Of a stretch of DNA of 41,180 nt, positions 1 through 8,069 are shown in pieces. The stretch's first letter is position 1. Every line of letters starts with the position of its first letter. Source of the DNA: Candidatus Amesbacteria bacterium RIFOXYB1_FULL_44_23 (GTDB lineage Bacteria > Patescibacteriota > Microgenomatia > CAZETR01 > Amesbacteraceae); the NCBI GenBank assembly GCA_001773775.1, contig MEXR01000001.1, forward strand, positions 1 through 41,180, given 5' to 3'. A program made the translations under genes and the position numbers. The notes under the pieces were generated by a model. The model was given only the letters and a program-made list of their open reading frames with translations. It searched no databases and had not been told where the DNA came from.

Positions 1-21
1 TAATGTAAAATCAACCAGCGT

Positions 22-96
22 GGGGTCGTAGCTCAGTCTGGTTAGAGCGCCACTCTGTCACAGTGGAGGTCGCGAGTTCGAGCCTCGTCGGCCCCG
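22..96 (+). tRNA. tRNA-Asp (anticodon GTC)
   Basis: Cloverleaf read by eye. Acceptor GGGGTCG/CGGCCCC with one T-G pair. D arm GCTC/GAGC. Anticodon stem CCACT/AGTGG with loop CTGTCAC (GTC). T arm GCGAG-TTCGAGC-CTCGT. Discriminator G, no encoded CCA. A TAAAAT box at 6-11 lies 10 nt upstream. Confidence 0.9.
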
Positions 97-181
97 CATC
101 GAAGCTAAAAACAAACACAGATCTGCCAGTAATTTGGAATTTTGAGGCTGAAAGAGTTCAAATATCATCCGATGAAGTGAG

Positions 182-550
182 CTAATCTTTAACTTGAAGA
201 AGAATTAAGTGCCCCGCTCTATCTCCTGCTTCAATTACCACTTCTTTGTCAGAAGCATTAAAGACTTCAAAGGTTATATTCCCTTTTGTGCCAGGGTCAA
301 CAAACATACTTCCCAAGTGAGTAATGATTCCTCTCCTGGCTAAATGAGTATAACCATCATATAGACCGGCAATATTGGCTGGGATTTCAAATGTTTCTTT
401 TGAAGTGGCAATTACAAATTCTTTCGGTTTTACAGTCAGACTTTCGGCAAAATGAATTTTTATTGAGGCCTCTTTCACTTCAGGTTCAGGTTCCAGCTTT
501 AATTTTCCATCTGATATTAGCTTCTTAATGGCATTTCCGGTCAAAACCAT
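182..550 (-). CDS. Short dCTP deaminase / dUTPase-superfamily protein (about 122 aa)
   Basis: The ORF track gives 182..580 with a TTG start. The product aligns by eye to Dcd-type enzymes: N-terminus MVLTGNAIKKLISDGKLKLEP, then DGYTHLARRG, VDPGTKGNITFEVFN. I prefer the in-frame ATG at 550 because a perfect TATAAT (557-562, minus strand) lies 6 nt upstream. It is much shorter than E. coli Dcd (193 aa). Confidence 0.7.
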   Translation of the reverse strand: MVLTGNAIKKLISDGKLKLEPEPEVKEASIKIHFAESLTVKPKEFVIATSKETFEIPANIAGLYDGYTHLARRGIITHLGSMFVDPGTKGNITFEVFNASDKEVVIEAGDRAGHLILLQVKD

Positions 551-556
551 GGATTT

Positions 557-562
557 ATTATA
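557..562 (-). promoter_or_regulatory. -10 box TATAAT, 6 nt upstream of ATG 550 (leaderless arrangement)
   Basis: Minus strand reads ccggTATAATaaatccATG. No Shine-Dalgarno can fit in the gap. Confidence 0.5.
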
Positions 563-762
563 TACCGGAAGCAAGCTCAATTTACTTAATGTGTGATAAA
601 TTTCGACAATCTACTCACCGGGGGTTTCCATTTTTGCCATTATAAATCCGCAGGAAACTAATTGGTGGTTGTATGACTTATGGGTCATAAAAATTTGACG
701 CACTTAAGGTCGGGCTTTGACTATTTACGGCTAACACTCCGGCTAAAATAAGATGACGGTGT

Positions 763-2604
763 TTAATCAATTTGAACGTGCACCGGATCAGATTTGCCGA
801 GCTTCTTTGCATTTTCCGCTGCCACATGTGCAGCGTAAGCTAATACGTTTAACTGTGATATTGGTATGTTTTTCACACCTCCCGGAGCCAAAATTGTTAA
901 TGTTTCCTTCTTTGCGTCAATATCAATCGTTATACCCCATTTTTCACAATTAATAACTAACTCGGTATAGCTATGGTCAGTGACCAGAAACTTGTGAAAA
1001 TCTATGTGTCCGTGACTTAGCTCACGAGAGTCATAGCCAGTCACTCTACCTGACCCTTTCGAAATTTCACCTGGAATAGTCAATCCCTTCATGTTAGAAA
1101 ACGCTCCCGCTATTTGAGAATATAAAGTATTCTGAAGTATGTCTTTGGGAACATTCACAAATGGATTGTCCTCTGATCCAGGCAAGTTTATTAGTCTGTC
1201 CAAGTCCTCGGTCTTTGGATTGAATGGCCAAGATGCATATACGTCCGCAAGATTAGCTGTCAATCTCAGCGAATCAGCTATCGGCAAGCCCATTGTTTCT
1301 AGATGTATGTCAAAACACAACCGTTTTTCATCTGGGCTGAACACCCTGCAGGTTTCATGTAAATGATTACCATTTTCTACAGGATTGTCGATAAAATGTG
1401 TAGTAAGTATTCCCAGCATTTCCTCTAGTGTAAAAGATCGATCCGGCTCGCTTTTCAATATCTTCTCAATCTCACTGCCGAGAACTCGTCGGGCAATCAA
1501 CCTGCCGGCCGCTCTTGATCCGACTATTCCAGCCATCGCGTATCGAACATAGGCCTTATCGTCTCCTCTTGCCATTTTTTCTTTCAGTGGATCGACTAAT
1601 TCACTGCGATAATAAGTTTCGCTGATGCATTCATCGACGATTTTTCGGATAGAATCCAGTGCTGTTGGATATTTTTCATCTCCGATAGGCTGAAAATTAT
1701 ACATTCTCAAAAATCCAGGATAATTTTTTCGGAGTTCTTCCAAATACCAGGTATCCCCAAAATCAATCATAAAAGAGTCGTAGCTTATTGATACAGGTTT
1801 CATCATTTCATAATCTGTAAATATAACTTTTCCGTCTTTTATAAATGCATTATGGCCATCTGGCTCAAATGAAGCTTCAGGGCAATCGAAAAAGTCCGTC
1901 ATCGTTGGTAAAACTTCCCAAATACCCCTACACAGTTGTTTCCTTGGTAATCCACGTTTACCATCTTCCCGAACCACGACCGAGGACAATGTCATCTTAT
2001 TATTCCAATCCTGATAAGTCATCCAATCTTGATAGGGAAAAGTTCTATATATTCTTGCAAATCTAGCTTGACCCATATCCAGCAATGTAAGCGTTATTGC
2101 TCGACTTGCATAATACTCGGCCATTTCTGTCGATAAATAGTCGCAACCTCCTCCAATATCCTCATCTCCGCTGTTTCGTTTATATGGAACATCCAGACCG
2201 AAACCGTTTTGTTGATGCTGCTCATAAGCTACCAACCCCATACCCTGGACACCCAACCCTTCCTCGACTAAATATGACCTTGATGTTTCGGGTAACAAGT
2301 ACGAAGTGTTGTAAGTCCATTTAAGAAATCCACCCATTTGAGTCGTCCATCCCCCAACACTCAAATGTGGAACTCCTGCAGTTTCTCCTATTAATTCCAG
2401 ATCATTCATGATCTCAATTAATGGCTTTTTATCACCTTCCACTGTAATACTGATATTTTGCAGTTGTTCTCTTTGAAAGGGGATTCCTACTATTCTGGAA
2501 AATTGATGTGGAAAGTCTTTAGGTAAAATCAGCCTGGCAATTTCGAGTTTTCTTGGAGGGGTTTCTATCTCAACCCTCGTCGGATTGTTTGAGATTTCAG
2601 ACAT
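763..2604 (-). CDS. Hypothetical protein, 613 aa, no family recognised
   Basis: Long uninterrupted ORF. The plus-strand ORFs inside it are short and low-complexity. No signal peptide or TM segment is evident, and I can assign no motif. Notable strings: GGGCDY, SHGHIDFHKFLVTDH. Confidence 0.75.
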   Translation of the reverse strand: MSEISNNPTRVEIETPPRKLEIARLILPKDFPHQFSRIVGIPFQREQLQNISITVEGDKKPLIEIMNDLELIGETAGVPHLSVGGWTTQMGGFLKWTYNTSYLLPETSRSYLVEEGLGVQGMGLVAYEQHQQNGFGLDVPYKRNSGDEDIGGGCDYLSTEMAEYYASRAITLTLLDMGQARFARIYRTFPYQDWMTYQDWNNKMTLSSVVVREDGKRGLPRKQLCRGIWEVLPTMTDFFDCPEASFEPDGHNAFIKDGKVIFTDYEMMKPVSISYDSFMIDFGDTWYLEELRKNYPGFLRMYNFQPIGDEKYPTALDSIRKIVDECISETYYRSELVDPLKEKMARGDDKAYVRYAMAGIVGSRAAGRLIARRVLGSEIEKILKSEPDRSFTLEEMLGILTTHFIDNPVENGNHLHETCRVFSPDEKRLCFDIHLETMGLPIADSLRLTANLADVYASWPFNPKTEDLDRLINLPGSEDNPFVNVPKDILQNTLYSQIAGAFSNMKGLTIPGEISKGSGRVTGYDSRELSHGHIDFHKFLVTDHSYTELVINCEKWGITIDIDAKKETLTILAPGGVKNIPISQLNVLAYAAHVAAENAKKLGKSDPVHVQID

Positions 2605-2761
2605 TATTATAAAAATGAAATATCTGGTCTGATTATATAGCTTATTTCTTTAATAAAGCCCTTCGATGTTAAAAAATGTTCAATACAAAAGTAGTCAATC
2701 CCGCTAGCCGGCCTGACCCCCGTAATTGAGTTTCGGTCGGTTGTGAGTAATAAAACTGAAG

Positions 2762-2781
2762 CTGATCTATAACTAGATCAG
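2762..2781 (-). terminator. Hairpin downstream of the sortase gene (possible weak terminator)
   Basis: ctgatcta-taac-tagatcag, an 8-bp stem with a 4-nt loop, about 25 nt after the sortase stop. On the minus strand it is followed by cttcagTTTTatt. The stem is AT-rich and the U-tract is not adjacent. Confidence 0.35.
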
Positions 2782-2806
2782 TCAACTAGACTAATTCCAG
2801 AACACT

Positions 2807-3397
2807 TTATAAACTCTGTTGTAACAAACTCGTAACCACCAACCGCTTCGAATCCATAAATCCGGCACATGTATACAGAGTTATTGTAGCCTCAGTAGAA
2901 CTTTCCAAAATGGAGACATCACTGGGATCGACTGTGGATATTTCGGTTACTCGATAACTTAAGCTTCTTCCTGAAGCATCAAAGATGACTATTTCATCGT
3001 CGAGCTTAATCTTTCTCAGGTTTCCCAACAGTCTGGGCCAGTTATGGCCGTAAAAAATGCTGTTTCCTGGTAAACCCGGAGATACTGACTGAGCCAGATG
3101 AGACACTCCAGACGAACTTACGCTCCAAACGTCGTCAACAATTTCAGATTCTATTACCGGAAGGTCAATTGAAAGCGAAGCTATATGCAAACGGGTGGGC
3201 GCAATACCGGTCAGGATTTTGGTTTCGACCGCCGGAGTCGGGGGCGGAGCCGAAAAGCTGAGCCTGGAAGGATTGTAGTATCTCGCCCACAGAAACCATG
3301 AACCCATTGCGAAGCTGGTTACTGATATGGCGAGTAGCAATACGCGTAAACTTTTGAGTAGCTTTAATGATGATTTGGATATTTTCACTGTTTTCAC
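2807..3397 (-). CDS. Sortase (class E-like), membrane anchored
   Basis: N-terminal TM (LRVLLLAISVTSFAMGSWFLW). Catalytic His in FYGHNWP, TLxTC motif as ITLYTCAGF, and a downstream Arg (KRLVV). The start is GTG at 3397. It sits directly downstream of an LAxTG-type substrate gene. Confidence 0.85.
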   Translation of the reverse strand: MKTVKISKSSLKLLKSLRVLLLAISVTSFAMGSWFLWARYYNPSRLSFSAPPPTPAVETKILTGIAPTRLHIASLSIDLPVIESEIVDDVWSVSSSGVSHLAQSVSPGLPGNSIFYGHNWPRLLGNLRKIKLDDEIVIFDASGRSLSYRVTEISTVDPSDVSILESSTEATITLYTCAGFMDSKRLVVTSLLQQSL

Positions 3398-4265
3398 AGA
3401 GGCTAATTAATTTGCTTACTCCAGTAAAGAGTATAAGCGATATCAAGCCGACTGCAAAGAGTGTCACAATCTGGGAGATGCTGCCGGTTGTCGCCAGGCC
3501 TTTAACGGTAGACGCTCCCAAGACTTCTCCGCCGGTAGTCAGATCAGAGGGCATACAGTTATTAACACTTCTGATGGCAAAGTAGTATTGCTTACCCGGA
3601 TCAAGGCTGCCCACGGTAAAGGTGTTGGTTTTACCGGTATTTACAACTCCATACTCATACTCACCCGGTTTTGTTCCGTAAACTATCGAGTAATGGGTAG
3701 TGTCGGCACTTTCAGTCCAGGACAGTTTGGCGGTCACTCCAGTGCGAACTACTGAAAAATTGGTTGGTGGTAACGGTTTTTTTGAATCGCAAATTGGAAT
3801 TGGGGCACCTCCGCATCCGTTGCACGGCTGTGGGGCTCCGGGTCCAGGAGTAGGGGTCACTACGGAAGTAGGCGACGGCCGGCAGTTAAAATTAACGTTT
3901 TGAGCGGCATATTTATAATTATCCAGGTTCCATTGCGCTCCGTCTTCAAAAAACCATCCGGAAATAGGTTCACTAGACCTTAACCAGTTAGTCTGAATCC
4001 CCTGATTACCCTCGGGAGGGCAAAAACATTGTAGAAAATTGTGATCAGCCAGGCTGTAAACATCATCGCTTCCTTGTAACAGTGGTCCGCCCACGATTTG
4101 ATGAGTACCGGAAGTAAAGTGGGCTCGGTCTCCAGGCTGCGACAAGAACGACTCACAAGACGGAAAGGAAAAATTATTTTCGGAAGGATTATTCGCTAGT
4201 GCGTGGCCGGAGGAAAAGAGAGCTGATGCGAAAAGAACTAATAGTGTTAAAAACCTTTTGACCAT
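3165..4265 (-). CDS. Sortase-substrate surface protein (signal peptide, Cys-rich N-domain, FN3-like domain, LATTG sorting signal)
   Basis: Signal peptide MVKRFLTLLVLFASALFSSGHALA. FN3-like segment PPTNFSVVRTGVTAKLSWTESADTTHYSIVYG...YYFAIRSVN. LATTG at residues 257-261, then hydrophobic SISQIVTLFAVGLISLILFTGV and SK. The ORF has no stop until 3165, 233 nt inside the sortase gene, so the true 3' end is uncertain. Confidence 0.8.
   Translation of the reverse strand: MVKRFLTLLVLFASALFSSGHALANNPSENNFSFPSCESFLSQPGDRAHFTSGTHQIVGGPLLQGSDDVYSLADHNFLQCFCPPEGNQGIQTNWLRSSEPISGWFFEDGAQWNLDNYKYAAQNVNFNCRPSPTSVVTPTPGPGAPQPCNGCGGAPIPICDSKKPLPPTNFSVVRTGVTAKLSWTESADTTHYSIVYGTKPGEYEYGVVNTGKTNTFTVGSLDPGKQYYFAIRSVNNCMPSDLTTGGEVLGASTVKGLATTGSISQIVTLFAVGLISLILFTGVSKLISLCENSENIQIIIKATQKFTRIATRHISNQLRNGFMVSVGEILQSFQAQLFGSAPDSGGRNQNPDRYCAHPFAYSFAFN
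3411..3497 (-). other. Cell-wall sorting signal (LATTG + TM + basic residue)
   Basis: Residues 257-285 of the surface protein. LAxTG is the motif reported for class E sortases. Confidence 0.7.
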
Positions 4266-4340
4266 GTCTGTCTGTTTTTGTTACAGCGATAATACTACAA
4301 GTCTGCAAGCTTTCAAGGGGAAGTCAACTATTTCAACCTG

Positions 4341-4386
4341 TCAGAAATAAAAACAACCCACCGTTAAACAAGTCGATGGGTTGTTT
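4341..4386 (-). terminator. Rho-independent terminator after the 70-aa gene
   Basis: A perfect 10-bp stem, aaacaaccca (4351-4360) with tgggttgttt (4377-4386), and a 16-nt loop. On the minus strand it is followed by TTATTTCT. It starts 10 nt after the stop at 4397. Confidence 0.65.
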
Positions 4387-4396
4387 TGAATCAGAT

Positions 4397-4609
4397 TTAA
4401 AGAGTGTCGTGTGGGTCAACTAAGGTTCCGTCTCCCCACTCCAGCACTGCTGAGTTTTCATCGGCATGAGCACCGCCAACGCCCGGGACTGCAAATCTAT
4501 GGTTGGTCCAATCCTTTCTGTTGTCAGGATTGTTGGCGTTAACGTAATGACCCTCATAATCGTTGACCCATGCACTTCCGCTTCCACCGAAATTTTCTGG
4601 CATTCTCAC
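4397..4609 (-). CDS. Small hypothetical protein, 70 aa, Gly/Asn/Asp/His-rich
   Basis: Strong SD (aaaGGGGGTGAgtgagaATG on the minus strand) and its own terminator. No TM or signal peptide is apparent. Confidence 0.6.
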   Translation of the reverse strand: MRMPENFGGSGSAWVNDYEGHYVNANNPDNRKDWTNHRFAVPGVGGAHADENSAVLEWGDGTLVDPHDTL

Positions 4610-4733
4610 TCACCCCCTTTCTGTAATTGACATCTAAACACCACTCAATAATATCTACGACTTTTGACAAATGATGTTAGATTTCTTACTGAATTGCATT
4701 AAGCTCAAATCAAGGCTCAAAATAACCTATAGT

Positions 4734-4761
4734 TTGACAAGGATGGAATGTGTGCTATACT
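4734..4761 (+). promoter_or_regulatory. Sigma70-type promoter TTGACA-16-TGcTATACT for the helicase gene
   Basis: TTGACA at 4734-4739, a 16-nt spacer ending in TGc, and TATACT at 4756-4761. It lies about 155 nt upstream of ATG 4918. Confidence 0.5.
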
Positions 4762-4768
4762 AACAAAG

Positions 4769-4790
4769 CAGATTTGAACTAACAAATCTG
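4769..4790 (+). promoter_or_regulatory. Promoter-proximal hairpin plus T-rich tail in the helicase 5' leader
   Basis: cagatttg-aactaa-caaatctg, an 8-bp perfect stem, followed by tttaaatttgatttg. It begins about 8 nt after the -10 box. Confidence 0.4.
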
Positions 4791-4917
4791 TTTAAATTTG
4801 ATTTGTATCAAGACGTAAGATAAAGGTACCCCGAAAATCCTTCGCATTTTGTATCTTTCTTCACTTTTTTCAAAACACTCATTTAGACAGGTTTGTTGGT
4901 TTAAGCCCTGAACTTAT

Positions 4918-6072
4918 ATGAAATATTTTAACCGTCAACCAAATCGCTCATCCCAGCATCGGGTCAGAACTTTTGATCCGACTGTTTTGGTGAAAAACCA
5001 GCCTCAAACACCTCCCGCCGCACCTGTGGCGTATGTTCCTAAAAACTCATTTTCTGATTTTAACTTTCATCCAACTTTACAAAACAACATTAAAGCCCGC
5101 AATTTTACAACTCTTACCCCGATTCAAGATCAAACCATACCTTTGCTTCTAGCCGGAAAAGATGTAGTGGGTATAGCCAGCACTGGTACTGGAAAAACTG
5201 CCGCTTTTCTCACCCCCCTGATTCAAAAAGCGATTATCGATCGCACCCAAAAGGTCTTAATTCTGGCCCCTACCCGGGAATTGGCGGTTCAAATTGAGCA
5301 GGAGTTTAAAAGCTTTGCTAAAAACAGCGGTTTGTTCTCAGCTTTATGCATAGGCGGGGTAAACATTAGGGGACAAATCTATAACCTGCGCTATCAGCCT
5401 GGTTTTGTGATTGGCACCCCTGGACGCATTAGAGACTTGGCTAACCAGGGAGTGATTAATTTCTCCGTGTTTAACAACGTTGTCTTAGACGAGGTGGATC
5501 GGATTTTGGATATGGGGTTTGTCCGTGAAATCACGCAGATTTTGACTGCTCTTCCTAAAAATCGCCAATCTGCTTTCTTTTCGGCTACGGTCACTCCTGA
5601 AGTTACCCGGGTTATGAATGGATTTTTGATCTCGCCGGTTACCATCTCAGTCAGAGCGAATTCGACTCTTCCCAATATCTCCCAGGAGATAGTCAAAGCC
5701 AATGGCAAGCCCAAAACAGACGTTTTACATGACTTATTGAGAAGGCCGGGGTTTGATAAGGTATTGGTCTTTGGCCGGACCAAACATGGACTGGAAAAAT
5801 TAGCTAGTGATCTGGGAAAACGGGGCTTTCCGGTAGTCGCCATTCATGGCAACAAAAGCCAGTCTCAGCGTCAGCACTCGCTGGAGTTGTTTAAGACCAA
5901 TCGGATCAAAGTCCTTTTGGCTACGGATGTAGCTTCCCGGGGCTTAGACATAGACAATGTTACTCATGTCATCAATTTTGACCTACCTGAATCATTTGAA
6001 GATTATGTGCACCGTATTGGCCGGACCGGTCGGGCCAACAAACGCGGATCAGCTCTCACTTTGGTTCCCTAA
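4918..6072 (+). CDS. DEAD-box ATP-dependent RNA helicase (motif II is DEVD)
   Basis: Q-motif region FTTLTPIQ. Motif I ASTGTGKTAAF, Ia PTRELA, II DEVD, III SAT, VI HRIGRTGR. Confidence 0.93.
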   Translation: MKYFNRQPNRSSQHRVRTFDPTVLVKNQPQTPPAAPVAYVPKNSFSDFNFHPTLQNNIKARNFTTLTPIQDQTIPLLLAGKDVVGIASTGTGKTAAFLTPLIQKAIIDRTQKVLILAPTRELAVQIEQEFKSFAKNSGLFSALCIGGVNIRGQIYNLRYQPGFVIGTPGRIRDLANQGVINFSVFNNVVLDEVDRILDMGFVREITQILTALPKNRQSAFFSATVTPEVTRVMNGFLISPVTISVRANSTLPNISQEIVKANGKPKTDVLHDLLRRPGFDKVLVFGRTKHGLEKLASDLGKRGFPVVAIHGNKSQSQRQHSLELFKTNRIKVLLATDVASRGLDIDNVTHVINFDLPESFEDYVHRIGRTGRANKRGSALTLVP

Positions 6073-6080
6073 ATTCGTCT

Positions 6081-7616
6081 TCAGGCTTTAGGCATTCCGG
6101 TTTCCAGTTCTTCAATCCTCTTTTTAAGTTCCAAAATCTTCATTTCACGGCCCACCATGATCCCGTTTAGCCTTTCCAGTTCTTTGGCGTGGGATTCTCG
6201 CTTTATATCCTCTTCCTTCCTTTCGGTGATATCTTCACCGATGCTCAAGGTAGCAATGACTTTCCCCGAAGGATTGCGGATTACTGTGTTGTGCCAGGCT
6301 ATGATTAACTTTTCGCCGTTTTTAGTCAGAATTTCGTTTTCAAAGTATTCATCCGGCTTGGATTCGTTCACTAAACCGGCGAACACCTTATCAACCTGGC
6401 TTTTGTCATCTTTAGGCACAAAATTCTCAATCCAGTCTTTCCCAAGTAGTTCTTCACGGGAATAGCCCAACACCTGACAGCCTCGGGTGTTAATCATTTT
6501 AATTTTGCCCCCACTGTCCAGCATCACCACGATGGTGGTCATAAAATCGATCAGCGTTTCGCCACTCTGTTTTTCCAGCGACAGAGCCTCGCCGGTTTGG
6601 TTCAGGGCATCCAGCATTGTGTTTATGGACTGCTTTAGGTTCCCGATTTCATTTGTCGGATCGGTAATTTTCAGACGTTTGTCCCAACTTTCTTTTTTGC
6701 CCAAGGCTTCGACTTCACTACATAACTTGTAAATTTGACTCAAAAAGTTGCTATTCAGAAGACCATAATTCAAAAGCGCTCCGCTCATCATTACGACTAC
6801 AAGTATCCCCAATAGCAGTGCCAGACTCGACCTGCCTTGAATTGTAATGTCGCGGGTCACGTCTGTTCTGATAATCGCCTGTTCCTTACCAAACACATCG
6901 GAAATTACCAGGTATCCGGAAATAAGTTCTTTGTTTAGTACCGAAATTGTCGGTTGACCTTCGCGCAAATAGTCTCTCTTGGCAACACCATAGTCTTCAG
7001 GCAGGTTTTGGCTTGCCCAGTCTTGCATATACACATCAAATTGCGTTAATTCCTGTATTAGATCCAAAGTTGTTTGATCAAAATACCTTCCGAACACTAC
7101 CCACCCTCTTGCTGGTCCACTTCCGTCAGTTTTTAAAATGTCCCTAATCACATACTGTAGTAAACCTGAATCAGTTCTTAATAATCCGCCTCCGTACCCT
7201 AACTCAGCATCAGTCTTAAGTAGAGCGCTCCCGGTAGCAAAAAACTCATAAATTTCATTATCAACCGTCGACAGGTGGGCTACCATCCCACCCTTCTGAT
7301 TTACAAACAACGCCTCATCAACCTCAATACTGCCAAATGATTCCACCACCAAATTAGATTCCCGGTAATCGTTGTTGCCGTCCGCAATAAACTTATACGT
7401 ATCGTCCCACATCGCCCAGTCTGCCACCTTCACATTTAATTGTTTTAACTGGTCTTGGTAGACCAAGCTCACTCTTCTTAAATTTCTTTCTACTCTTTGA
7501 TTTTCCACTTCCCGAAACCTATCCATCATCACCTGATAAACCACCAGATAAGTCACCATAATCAGAAGCAGCATCGTTCCCAGAGGGATCAGAAAAGATT
7601 TTTTCCGAAACGTCAT
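6081..7616 (-). CDS. Membrane sensor: TM, CHASE4-like extracytoplasmic domain, TM, HAMP, PAS, coiled coil; no output domain
   Basis: VADWAMWDDTYKFI is typical of CHASE4. HAMP-like segment TNEIGNLKQSINTMLDAL. PAS-like segment GKDWIENFVP...IAWHNTVIRNPSGKVIATLSIGEDITERK. The protein ends in MVGREMKILELKKRIEELE. No HisKA/HATPase, GGDEF or other transmitter is present. Confidence 0.8.
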   Translation of the reverse strand: MTFRKKSFLIPLGTMLLLIMVTYLVVYQVMMDRFREVENQRVERNLRRVSLVYQDQLKQLNVKVADWAMWDDTYKFIADGNNDYRESNLVVESFGSIEVDEALFVNQKGGMVAHLSTVDNEIYEFFATGSALLKTDAELGYGGGLLRTDSGLLQYVIRDILKTDGSGPARGWVVFGRYFDQTTLDLIQELTQFDVYMQDWASQNLPEDYGVAKRDYLREGQPTISVLNKELISGYLVISDVFGKEQAIIRTDVTRDITIQGRSSLALLLGILVVVMMSGALLNYGLLNSNFLSQIYKLCSEVEALGKKESWDKRLKITDPTNEIGNLKQSINTMLDALNQTGEALSLEKQSGETLIDFMTTIVVMLDSGGKIKMINTRGCQVLGYSREELLGKDWIENFVPKDDKSQVDKVFAGLVNESKPDEYFENEILTKNGEKLIIAWHNTVIRNPSGKVIATLSIGEDITERKEEDIKRESHAKELERLNGIMVGREMKILELKKRIEELETGMPKA

Positions 7617-7619
7617 AGT

Positions 7620-8042
7620 TTAAATACTAAGTAAATACAAGGCTAGCCCTGATAAAATAATGCCTGCTCCCTTAGCGATAGTTAACTTCTCTCCTAAAAA
7701 CAGAAACGCCAGTATGGCGGTTAATACCGGATACAGGGCCGTTAGCGGTACCGCCGAAGAAGCATCTCGTTTTGTAAGCAGTAAGTAGAAAAAAATGGCT
7801 CCGCCAGAACCTATGGCACCCGCCAACAAAGCCAGTAAGTTTCCCGCCTTATCACCGTTAACAATATCACCCGGTTTGTACACGATGGCAAAATAAATAA
7901 GCATTGCCACTGCATACCCAAAAACATCCCACACTACAGCCTTTTCTCCGATTCGGTTTGTTGCGACTTTAGCCACGAATGATCCCACTCCCCACGATAC
8001 CATACACGCCATTGCCAGCTTGAAACTCTCCATCACTATCAT
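7620..8042 (-). CDS. Small EamA/DMT-type membrane protein (single EamA-like domain)
   Basis: 140 aa with 4-5 hydrophobic helices and a Gly-rich helix (LLAGAIGSGGAIFFY). It ends 3 nt before the sensor gene start. Confidence 0.65.
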   Translation of the reverse strand: MIVMESFKLAMACMVSWGVGSFVAKVATNRIGEKAVVWDVFGYAVAMLIYFAIVYKPGDIVNGDKAGNLLALLAGAIGSGGAIFFYLLLTKRDASSAVPLTALYPVLTAILAFLFLGEKLTIAKGAGIILSGLALYLLSI

Positions 8043-8069
8043 CTTCTCACATAATGTATTATTTATTCA

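Noticed and set aside
753-2324. Four plus-strand ORFs (66-75 aa) inside the 613-aa gene
   Set aside because: They are short, mutually unconnected, and embedded antisense in a long uninterrupted ORF.
5394-5843. 149-aa minus-strand ORF inside the DEAD-box helicase gene
   Set aside because: It is fully embedded antisense in a gene with all helicase motifs. It has no start context and an unremarkable composition.
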